Shown piece after piece: positions 52,801-63,760 of a stretch of 64,000 nt of DNA. The notes beneath the pieces are model-generated. The model was not told where the DNA came from. It saw only the letters and a list, made by a program, of their open reading frames with translations, and made no database searches. Each line of letters opens with the position of its first letter. The first letter of the stretch is position 1. This DNA is from Schizochytrium sp. TIO01 (taxonomy: Eukaryota > Protista > Bigyra: Labyrinthulomycetes): NCBI GenBank assembly GCA_004764695.1, contig SMSO01000014.1, positions 3,281,648 through 3,345,647 of the forward strand, given 5' to 3'. Position numbers and translations under genes: made by a program.

Positions 52801-55596
52801 TAACTGTCTAGGCTAGAAAGCGGAATTAGTCTACTGCCGTTTGTCTTTCTTTTTCTTGTTTGCTGTTTGTTTATTTCGAGTTGTTTCGAGTTGTTTGTTT
52901 GTTTGTTTGTTTCAGGAAAAGTCTTTAGGTAAAATCCAAGAGACCGAATACACGATCTTGATTTCGTTGCACGATTCCTAACGCGCAGCATTCGGCAGTT
53001 GTGGACGCATCCCTTTTGAGATGAAGGTGCTAGGCTTGAATTGTGAAAGACGGGGAGCGAGAAGGAGAAATCACAAATTTACACGACGGATGTTTCCTCG
53101 GGTTTGCCCAACCTTACTTTCTTCCCAAGATTCGGCAAGAGCTGAGGAGCGACTAACTTACCGCCTCTCTTGGGGCAAAAGCTGCACACTTCGCTTGCGA
53201 AGTCCCAGGCTGATGCAGTGGAGGTTGGTATACATTCATACGCGCATACATACTTATCATCATTTTCAAAGGTTTTTGCGAACTAGTGCTGGTAGGAGGT
53301 GCTTGATATGTATGAGGAGTGGAGTGGCTCAAAAATGTTGAAAGAGAGAACGAAAAAATGAGTAGTAGGCTTCCTACTGATGATTGTAAGCTAACTGAAA
53401 GTGAGCTATAAGCAATAGCAAACAAAGAGAGCCAGCGCTAGTGGCTAATCATAGGCTTTGTCTCGGCTTATATAGTCTGTGCTCGATAAGCTAAGTGCAG
53501 TAATTTTGTTCAAGACCATTTCTTTACACAACCATTCTTCTACAACCTAAAAGGTATGTCTCTCTTAGTTTTGAGTATATTATATAAATCCTTTTTTTGC
53601 GCTTGCAGTTATAACTTTTTTAAACTTTTAGTTTCAAGTTTGTAAAAAATAAAATAAAATAAACTATGGCTTATTTTCAAAAACGTTTTTACAAAAATAC
53701 ACAACAATTAAAATCATTTCAAAAGTTTGTTTTAATTTTTTGTTTTGTTTTATCTTTATCTTTTAAACAATTTTATTGTTTCGTTTTAATAAATTAAAAG
53801 AAAGTATGACGTACCTTTTTAGCTTTAAGATAATTTAGCTCTTTTAGAAAATACATCTCATTTTCGATTCTTTCTCAAATATTTGACAATTTCTTGTCAA
53901 ACGTTTGACAGTCTGTTTGTATGGTTTCTATTTTGATTATTTTCAGCAAACAATTTCTTTGGTATTTTTATTGTTTATTTTTTTAATTAAATGTGATATA
54001 CAAGCTTTTAAATTTAATTTTAAAATGGTGGGGTTTTATTTTAAAAGATCTCCTGATAAGATTTTTAATCAAATGAAATGGAGTCCTCTTGATAGATTTT
54101 AATATAAAATATTTTCTCTGTTTAAGTGTAAGTTCTACTGCTCTCTTTTGCATTTAATTGTTTAACTAAATTAACTTAACCAAAATAGGTATTCCTTTTT
54201 CTAACTTGTTCTATTGCAATTTTGACTCGTTCCAAATTGCATCTAAAGCTCCGCTGTTAAAGTTCATACTACCCGCCCCCAGCAACAGGTAGCAGCACCC
54301 TAACTAAACATGCCATCAGATCTGGTGCTTTTTACCTGCTTCACTTGCGTGCTTGCTCAAGTACCTCAAAAAATATTCTGCGAGAGATTTTGTTGTTCCA
54401 AGATTTAATTTTTAAAAAAAAAATGATGATAATAAAATAATAAACACCTTTAAACAAAGAGAAGTTTAGTTTAGTTTAGTCACGAGTACCAAGTACCCCA
54501 GCAAGTAGCTCCATATCGAGATAAACGGTAGAAAGCCCAGCAGAGAAACTAGAAGATGCAGTGGTTCTTCGCCGTACATGGCTTAACTTGACCCAGCTGC
54601 AACCAACACATTGATCACTCTGGCTTCAGTACTTGCTTCCTTGGCTGCCAGCCAAGCGCAGACAGCCAGCCAGCTCGTGTCTGGTTGGCAGGCAATCAGG
54701 CGGTCCAGTCCTGGGAAGGTAGGGGGCGCGGCCGGACCCTGGCTTAGCCTGGCTCACGGAGTCACCCCGTGCACTTCAAAAGGGATGGGTCGAATGGGTT
54801 CTTCTTCTCCAATGGAATCAAGGCGAGGAACGAAAAACCTGTCTTTCTTGTTGCTCCCTCTCTGGCTAGGAAGAGAGAGGTGGGGCCATCTGCAAGTTTA
54901 ACTTCTCTAAGAGATAGTACCTACTCTGCGTTGTGCTGTATGGTATGTACATACTACGCCAGCAACTTGAATGCCCCAGAGGAAGTGATGATTGCGATGA
55001 TTGTTTTGGCTTGAGATTTTACCCAAGTTTTCATTTTTGATTTAGATTTTTAAGATTTTTAACTTATTACCTGTGACTTATGCCCCAAGGACGAGAGAGA
55101 GGGGATAGGTACTGGAAGGAGTAATACATGATCGCTCAGCAAGGGTTTGCGAATAAGCGATCGAACGAACGTGAAGAAAGATAGTAAGGAAGACATCTAA
55201 CAGGAAATAACTGAGGGATGGCACGTTGAATGGGCGCAGGGATCTCGAGACAGACAATCGTATTCCACGGTGGTATTTGCAGCTCTGTGCAGGCAGGCAC
55301 TTGTTAAATTTGTTGGGTTCTACGTTCTCGCCGGAAATAGCCTCTCATTCGTGCAGTTCACTCTTTCACTCTTTCACTCATTTATGCATTCATTCACTGC
55401 CCAGTCGATGATGCTTAGCTGCTTTGAATGTAAGAAGACACCACGATGTCGTGGTACAATGAAAATCGAGGACGAGGGAAAGGTTTCGTTTGCAGCAAAC
55501 TAAGGGATTGCGTGGCTGGAGCTCGAGACGAGGGCCCTTGTGCTGTTGCGCCAGAGGTATATAGAGATAGTATGGAACAGCAGCTGGGGAACGAGT

Positions 55597-55634
55597 ATGT
55601 AACCAATGTAACCAATGTAACCAATGAAACCATG
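55597..55634 (+). repeat. 9-bp tandem repeat (ATGTAACCA)3 plus one degenerate copy
   Basis: Directly visible. Confidence 0.9.
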
Positions 55635-55669
55635 TTCGCGAGTGGAGGTGTAGCCAATGGAGGTGTTGC

Positions 55670-56500
55670 AAAAAAAAGAATAGCAGTTGGTTATGCCATG
55701 GTACATATCGAATGGATACCTCAGTTAGTCCGCGCCTTTGTTCTCGACGAGAGTGAGATGAAGTGAGGGAATGAAAGAAAGACGCCATCACGCTTGAACG
55801 ATGGAATGAACGAATGCGACGCAATGCTGATTGGTGACATGCGCGTGTTGGTACTACTTCCCCCCGCACAGCTTAGAGCTCTTGCTGTGGTAGGTGGACC
55901 AGCATGCGCAGGTGCTGAAGGCAAAAGAGATAAAATGAGCATTTGAATTGAGTGTCAGATTCCTGCTACACATGAAATTGAGAAAGACGAAATTGAGAGC
56001 ATGTATTCTTAAATGTGCGATCGAGGAGTCATTTATGGCAAGGAAGCCATGTGAAATATATGTTGATGGCTGCGTTGATTTCTAGGCACTGCTTGAAGAT
56101 GATTGGGATGGTTTCATACAGAAGCGCAAATTGGTTATTTAACGTGCTGGTTGTACAGGGAAGCCTTGTGTCCAGAGCTAAAGAGCACGAGAGGTGGAGA
56201 AATGGGTGAAAGTATAGAAGGCAGTGAAGTTTTGGCAGCAACGCGAAAGCCAGTTTATAAAATCAAAGCAGTTTGTTTCTACTGCAGGGCAGAACCACGC
56301 TAAAATAACCAACGAACTTAATGACTGATACCGCTTTGGGTCTCAAGTTTCACAACGTAAATAAAACCTTTTAGATATTATGATATGTTGGAGCTAGAAG
56401 GCGTGCAAAAGGCAGTCTACGCAACGAGCAGCTTTAAATAGCAATCATTTGCTACTGTTGCTCCCTCTTGAAGAAACTAAACTCAGGAAGAGCAAGGTCA
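55670..56500 (+). mobile_element. Degenerate Tc1/IS630 (DDE) transposase relic(s)
   Basis: KKRIAVGYAMVHIEWIPQLVRAFVLDESEM (DES at 55746; cf. Tc1 KKRLxFAxxHxxWTxxxWxxVxFSDESK). The same frame continues through one stop to VLVLLPPHSLEL...LK (55857; cf. LPPxSPELNPIE). A second, weaker set follows at 56030-56500 (MLMAALI...SAN..F, EALCPEL, LMTD...KFH, CCSLLKKL). Confidence 0.4.
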
Positions 56501-59500
56501 AGGTTTGAGCTTACGATCATATCATGATAAGGTTGGGAAGACCAAGATTGACTGCGACCATGAAAACCCGGCTGAATTCACATTAACTATAACTACGCGC
56601 AGCGTTTCTAGATCTTATTCTGTCTCGAGGACTGGTGTACTTGTTTAGATCGCTTTCCAGATTCAAGTTTCCCTTTCACACGAACGCATGAAGAAGACTA
56701 ACCTCGTGATAGTACCTGGTCTCGATCCTTAGTGGAATATCGCCATGACTAGTCAGAAAGTCCCGTGCGCTTTCCTTACAGATTGTTGTCCTGTATGAAA
56801 ACAAATTATAATAAACAGAATATACAAATTTAAAAAACAAGTCAGATTAAAGAGCAAGTGCATTCATCTATTGCGGTAGTGGTGCAAATGATGATTCCGC
56901 TCGTCCAATATGCGCAATCGCATGTCTCATGCTCATGTAGCCCCCTTTTCCCACACATAGCTAAGCTTATGCGCAAAAGATCGCGCCGGGCTTTCCAGAG
57001 CCGCCTTGAAAAGTTTTGAGGAGGGGTTACTCCAAGTCGAACTTTAAGGGTGTTCTTTGGAGGGTCTCTGGGCGATTGTTCCTTGCGCACAGGGGCCCTG
57101 GGTATGGCTGCTGCTGCTGCTGCTGTCCAGCGATTTGGACGGATCAAAACCGAGGAAAAGCTCACTACCGTAGTGCGACTCATAGTATAGTGTAGTGACG
57201 CCTGCTCTGACTCGCAGAAAACGCCGAGCTTGCGAATGCGCGGTCTCTCTGCACTGTAGCTCCCTTTCCACCTGCAAGCGCGTGCACTTGAAGCAGGCAC
57301 GCACTCTTCTTGAAGATCTCGAAGACCTTGGCGTGATGAATGAATGAATCAATCAATCAATCAATCGATTGACGACCGAGGTGCTTGCTTATCCCACGAA
57401 GAGGATGGCATTGTCTGGGGATCCCAGAAAGTAGTCTTGTTCGTCACGGCCCGAGACTAGCTAGGATCTAGGGTTCCTTTTCTTTCTCATAGATCCAGGA
57501 AGCACCCTTTTCTTTCCCAGAAAGGAATGAAAAAGAAAAAGAAAAAGGAAAAACACTTCTGGACACCATTACGAGTGCCGTAGAAGAAGCTAGGAGTACC
57601 CACTCCTGCGGTCGAAGCGACGAACGAGTTAGTTTGGGGTAAGACTAAGTTATAGAGGTGCCTCAGGCGTCCTATAGTTAACACTGGATAGGTTACTAAG
57701 GAGGCAGTTTTTACGATCGGTGTGGGACGGCCAACGTAGGACAAGGCAGCGCAACGAAAGAGAGGCGAGAACGAAAATGTGAACGGATTCAAGTTATCAA
57801 CACAAGAGCACTTTCTAAATATAGCATCATGCTGAGCTTGTACACGCATATGCTCCCACGAGAACCGCGGTTGTTGATTCCCTCGTGTCTGGTTGACACT
57901 CTGATGAGAAGGAAGACTGACCTCAAAGGCCTCCCTCCTTCCATCGCTGAAAGTGGTGGAAGGGGAGAAAACTCGCTAATGTGCGAGGGGTTCGGATTCT
58001 CTGCCAAGCGGTCACCCGCATCTATGTGGCTGAGGGTAATAGTTAGGAATTAGAGGGGGAAATGAGCGCAGGTGGCAACCAGAGATGGGTCTGAAAAGGC
58101 GGAGAGCACTCCCTGGTTCAACGAAGAGACCGAATTTTTAGAATTTTTAGAAAATGCACAGGAAAGTAAACGAACCTCTCCAGGGTCGATCTATATCTCC
58201 GATTGTGAGTTGCAGTGGACGCAATGGATCTGATAGGAGAAAAAAGCACCAAACCAGTTGACTGATTTTGAAAAATCATTAATTAGTTCAATTACCCACC
58301 CTCGACACAAACCCACGTTTGTGCATGAATAACACTTAAGTTGTCGCAAGACTTGCAACGGTCTCTAAGGTAAGGCAAACAGACCTTGCTAACAACCGTC
58401 TCGAGCTTATCTTTCCGTGGATACATTGGTAGCTACCTTTGATTGAATCAGAGTGTCCCTGGTCAGGTGCACAAACCGATGATGCTGGCCAGACAGACAG
58501 ATTAAAGGTTCGAAGAAATACGGCTTTTGGTGTGAAAAAAAAATGTAAAGTGAGTGTTTTCCTATTTCGAACGGCTTTCAATAAAAAGATATGAGTGAAT
58601 GAGAGAAAAAGGAAAGAAAAAAACTCGAACTTATGAGTATGATGTGTGAATGACATAAACGTCATCTTGTTGGTCCTGGCTTGATGAAGGTACCAATCAC
58701 AAAAACTGTGAGCATTCAAAGATAAGATCGAAATGCAGGGTTGAAGACGGCGTCCTTGATTTCGAGTTGGGCACTACAAAAGTCAACGCAACTCACACTC
58801 AAAGTGGGAAGTAAGCATTACTTACTTTAAATATAGGGCACTACATCTAGTCACTGAATAACTGAATAGTCCAAGGCCATGGGCGAAGTTTCTCAGAGTT
58901 CCTCCCACACGAGAACTTGGAAGGGAAGGAGTCATACCGCAATTGTTTATTATTTTTAGTCTTTTTTTGGAGTGCTATCACAGCAGTAGTCGAAATAAAA
59001 ATTATACTTTCATATTTTTTTCTTCAAAGTTTTCTTGATTTGATGGTTTTTTCTCAGGCTCAGACCTTTTTTTTAATAGTAAACAAAATATCGAATTCCT
59101 GATTGATTTTTTACTCAAACAAAAGGATTAATTGTACCTGCCTACCTTCCTACCTAACTACTGCGACCAGGTACCACAAGAACGAATTGCAATGTTCTCT
59201 CCTTTGAAATCAAGCTTGGACTATATTTGGTCCCATCCTTCATCTTTGAAAAGATTGTGGTATCATACCACACACTAGGGACATTGGACATCATACTACG
59301 CACCATAACATCCTTTGTCAATCAGCCCCTTTAATGTTGCAATCTACCATGAATCAGTTAGTGCTTGGTCTTTGCTTCTTCTTCTTCTTTCAAGCCAAGC
59401 CCTCGTTACGTCCGTCTCATTCATCCAAGCCTAGAGACCGCGGGTGCTACCCTTGTCAAGCGGTCTCCAAGCGACATACATATACCCCTGCGAAGCTTCA

Positions 59501-59608
59501 GCGTTTTAAAAGGTCGTTGCCAGAGAGGTTCGTATTTAGGTACGTATGCATGCACGCATGCATTATTATGAAGTGGGCACATTGATTTGATGCTTCGATC
59601 GATTGATC

Positions 59609-59681
59609 CATTCATTCATTCATTCAGTCAGTCAGTCAGTCAGTCAGTCAGTCAGTCAGTCAGTCAGTCAGTCAGTCAGTC
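59609..59681 (+). repeat. Compound (CATT)n-(CAGT)n microsatellite
   Basis: Directly visible; last tetranucleotide array before the retroelement zone. Confidence 0.95.
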
Positions 59682-61119
59682 GTTGTATAAGCTGAGATGC
59701 CGAGAGAGCATCTAGCCAACAGAGAGAACCAATGAAGGCGAAGGAGAGCAGAGCAGCTTTGATCTGGGGTACTATCTAGGGACAAAGAAGAGGAATTCGA
59801 TTGGGAAGGTGTTGAGTTATTTATTTAAGCCAGTGAGCCTGACTCAAGCAAGGCCTGGCGTCGGGGTCTTAGCCCCGGATAAATGGGAGTCGCCAAGGCG
59901 GCGAAGCAGTGTGTAACAGCAACCTAGAACATGTCGCGAGAAGCAGTGGAGCACTGGCTGAAGGGGGGAAAGCTTTGGTGATTTACTTGGCGAGAAGTTC
60001 GGCTTTTCCAAGTTAAACAAATGCTTCCCTTTTATTTTTAATTTATTTTTGCGAGGTCTAGTCGGTAGTTTTCACTTAGTTTTTATGTTCTTATTAGAAT
60101 GTAATGGTGGGACTTCTTCGTTCTTTTCGTGTCATGCTTTTTTTTAAAGATACTTTGTCTTTGTTTAATTTCTTCGAAACTATTGTTTTCATTTTATTTA
60201 TTCTGTTTTCTTAGGTCGTTGCGAGAGTACTTTAGAGACTTAGGAATATATATGTTCATGGACACCACACATCATGCCAAGAAATTGCGTGGAATATGTA
60301 TGGCTATGGTCAACTTGAAGGCCGCATGTCCGGGGCTCGCTTCATTGCTGCTTCCAACCATGTTCTCATGAGAGGGGTTTTAAAAGCGTACGTCGAGTAC
60401 GAACAGGAAGCACCATCACTTTCGCTTCCATGACACAACGGGTGTCCGTCTATTATGACTTGTTCGGTGGTGTATAGATGAAAAAAATCAGTAGTTAAGA
60501 TTCATTCAAAAGTAAAGCGCTGAGCGTGGTGTTTTAAGCGTAACAACATTATTTATACTCAAAACAAGATCAAGAAGCATTTAACAAGAGTTATATTTCT
60601 CAGCTTGGAGTAAGTTCTCATTCTCCTGATTTTGAAATAAATGAGTTCGGAGGAAGCGAAATTGCTTACGCTTTTCGCCTTGAATTATAGGTCATCCTTA
60701 ATCTCTACCGCAAATGGTAGTCGCACTACCACGAACCTCTCATGAAAATGCGAGTACATGTTTACTTATACCGCAAGTGCTAACGTTGCCATATCACCCC
60801 GTCTTTTTATCTCCTGCTATGCTTACAACTTTCTCATTCTCAGACAAACGATCTCTCTTCTATAATTTTTTGTATACGCTTGCGTTCCTCAAGCCTGGGC
60901 TCAATAGTTTCTTATGAAATCTTTACACCATTCCCCTTCTCCTTCTCTTCTTCTTTTAAAGAAAGTTATTCAGAAAAATTGCCATGACCTTTTGGACCAC
61001 AAATTCCTGAATTTATTCTCTAAAACAAAACAGATGTGAAAATATGAGGCTAACGATTATAAGTGGCCCAGAGTTTATTTTTGAAGGGCTTAAATTTGTT
61101 TATTGTAGCTTTTTGTAAG

Positions 61120-61520
61120 AAGTAGATGTAAAATATCACGCATTACAAATTAAGAAGCTAATCTTCATGAGCCCAATGGATCGTTTACTGAATATCACAC
61201 AATGCAGGCGCAAATTAATTACAGTGATTTGGTACGTATTATTTTATGACTACAATCTATCTACCTCGCAAAGAGCAATTGAGAAATCGATTTCAAGCGC
61301 CCCCAATACTAAAAATTAACGAATTAAAATTATCAAACTCTGATGCTTCACAACAATTAACTCGCTGATCCTCATTAACTCGAGTGGCCAAGTTATCGTT
61401 ACAAGATATTGCTAGTATGAATGCATGTTTCAGGTTTTAGCCAAGTACTTGAAACATAATAAAGACCACTACAGACCATCGAAGGGCCTGGTATTCAAGA
61501 AATATCCAATACTGTTGCAG
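61120..61520 (+). mobile_element. Possible very degenerate Ty1/copia RT relic (plus strand)
   Basis: Ordered fragments LQIKKLIF, VIWYV, LSTSQRAIEK, TINSLILI, VLAKYLKHNKD resemble copia LxKxLYG, lYVDD, lsQxxYI, vGSLxYl and kRilRYLKgT. Weak. Confidence 0.3.
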
Positions 61521-61649
61521 AATCGTGCGGTAATGATGTATCTGTATCCCTTCTCAGTAAATACCCAGGGACATTAACGACATACAAATAGCGTAAAGGC
61601 GCATAATAGGTCCGTACGGTTTGTTCACATCAAGATTGAATCCCAAAGG

Positions 61650-62750
61650 TATAAACCAAGCGTATTTATGTTCTTAACAATATAAAGGGTGTAGTAGGTT
61701 CCGATGTGACGAACTATAAACTGCAACTTCTGAATTACGATCTTGTAATTGCAGTATGGTTACATAAAAGACCTAACTGAATGCAACAACAGTGAATCAC
61801 ACTGAATGAACATCCTCTTCGACACACTTATCACTCAATACCCATCACCTTTTTGCCCATGTTTGATAGAGATTCCTGCAACGATTTGTCTTGATGGCTC
61901 CTTGCTTAAACAATGCGAGGATAAAAAGAAATGCTGCCTAGTATTGAAATTAATCTATGTATTCGTATCATTCATTCTATTTCGTACGCATCGCGTAACT
62001 TTCAAAGTCTTATTTGGGGTTACTTACAAAGAAAGGTGACATTTTGTCAAGAGGGAGGTCAGCTAGGAAAGACAATTTCAAGAGTTTAGTCCGCGAGTAA
62101 AGTGACTCAAGATAGCCGGAAAACTCAAGCATGAGCTATCAGAATCCTGATCGTGGGATGAATTACAAAATTCATCATGGTACTTTTGCTTTTGTATGGA
62201 AGCATTCCGATAAACAAGCTTATACTTTCACTTTGGTTCTTCTGGGTAAGTATAGCTGGAATGTATACACTACTTTAATATTGAGTCGTCGAACAGTCAT
62301 CTTCGATATTACAAGGTCATCAATGCAAATGCTGATGCATTTTCTACATGGTACTTTGATGTATAGGCCCTTTAATAAGGGTGTATTACGAACCCTTGCT
62401 ATACTAGGTTCACTTGCTACTCTGACGATCAATCTCAGCACTGTTATAGGCTCTAGCTACTTGTTCTGCATCCCCATCTTAGTTCAATAGCATTCTAGAC
62501 CTTATCAGACGATTCGGGAGCATGAACAATCATGGAATAGCTTAATACTTCTTGCTTATTCTAAAAACCATGAACCTTTTAACGAATCAATCTTGCATAC
62601 CGTGTTATGCTGGAGCGCATTTAACACTATTGTGCTTCTCTAGACGGAACAGAACGAAACAGTTGATGCAATACAAGTCCATTCAATTTACTCTACATTT
62701 GGACAACCATGAGACTTTCACCTTTCCGACAAACACAAATCCCCTAAATG
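61650..62750 (-). mobile_element. Degenerate Ty1/copia RT-RNase H relic
   Basis: IASTVSFCSV*RSTIVLNALQH...KIDSLKGSWFL (cf. FAPTV...SIR..LA...QxDVKxAFL); GLYIK...CISICIDDLVIS (DD at 62316-62321, the YVDD position); downstream IQCDS and FIVRHIGT (RNase H-like). Many stops and frameshifts. Confidence 0.55.
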
Positions 62751-62879
62751 AGATGCATATGGTTCGGTAACCCGAACCGTCTATGTCAAAAGTATGATTA
62801 TAATATACAATTCTAGCACGAACTATGACCTTAGTTTATTAACAGAGACCTAACTAAATTGTTGGTACTTCTGAACTTT

Positions 62880-63555
62880 GTAGTATATTGATGGTTTTTT
62901 CCAGTGATTCATCCTGATAATGAAACAGAGCTGCAGATTGTTAGAAGCAAGCTCTTCTTCCCCTATCAGAAGTTTACCAAACCCATGGTTTTTGAAACAA
63001 ACCCATGATTTTCGAAAGAAAAAGTTTTGAAATATACCACCTCCTCATCATTCACCATTTCCCAAGGTCTGCGCACGAAGATTCCGATATTTTGTTGCTA
63101 TTCATCTCCAACTTTACCATGATGTTGTTTCTATAAACCTAAGTATACGATGCCTTTTTACAATTTACCATACATTCCAAGCTCCCTACCTTCGTTTCCC
63201 CCGTCAGCCTTTGGCCACCCAGGGGTAAGCTTATAGCAACACTTGAATTTGGATTCCAAGATGGAATACCTAGGACGCAAAAGCAAACTTAGTCTGTTAA
63301 AAACATATTTGAATGGGACGATTAAGTCATCTCTTTCAGAATTCGTTTAGATTACGAAACCTTTTCCTCTTGAGCATGTTTCTATACGTCAAGATCTAGT
63401 AGCTCTAAGCTTCGCAACCATATCTAGTGTTGTTTATCCTATGCAAAACTTTTCTCTTTGGTACTTACAGTGGCTCATCAAGAAATCCTGCAATATCCTG
63501 CTCATATGTTTCTTTGATGAAATAATCCATCACAGCCAAAAGATTGATTATTTAC
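62880..63555 (-). mobile_element. Older degenerate Ty1/copia RT relic interrupted by the younger element
   Basis: Starting at the LTR boundary: IINLLAVM...EQDIAGFLDEPL*...LHRINNTRYG, then MLKRKRF, FHLGIQI, KVGSLECM, SCADLG, EEELAS, in the order expected for copia RT/RNase H motifs. Confidence 0.5.
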
Positions 63556-63748
63556 TATTGCAGAGTAGCCTGTGCTGTGAAGCGTGGAAAGGTAGTCTGA
63601 CAAGGATGACGAACTCAGGAGAAAGAGAAAGAGGATGATATATGAGTTATCGGGGTTTCAGGTCTGCATACAGGCAGGGTAAATGTGTGAATAGGAGAGC
63701 TTGGTTAGGTTAGGTTAGGTTAGACAGTAGCTGTTTATTACTTCAATA
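63556..63748 (-). mobile_element. 3' LTR (193 bp) of a Ty1/copia retrotransposon, with TATTG...CAATA termini
   Basis: Begins immediately after the PPT with TATTG and ends with the inverted CAATA (plus-strand TATTG 63556-63560, CAATA 63744-63748). It contains a TATA-like CATATAT and a (CCTAA)n tract. The left boundary coincides with the resumption of an older RT frame. Confidence 0.7.
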
Positions 63749-63757
63749 CTCCCCCGC
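63749..63757 (-). promoter_or_regulatory. Polypurine tract (GCGGGGGAG) of the copia element
   Basis: Lies 3 nt after the pol stop codon and directly abuts the LTR, the typical copia GGGGGAG-LTR junction. Confidence 0.8.
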
Positions 63758-63760
63758 AAA

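Larger units (their letters stand above)
1000..60300. other. Gene desert (~59 kb without a credible protein-coding gene)
   Basis: No ORF exceeds 214 aa, and the longest ones run through tetranucleotide repeats (LACL, HSFI, SKQA type translations). No recognisable intact domain was seen. Confidence 0.75.
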
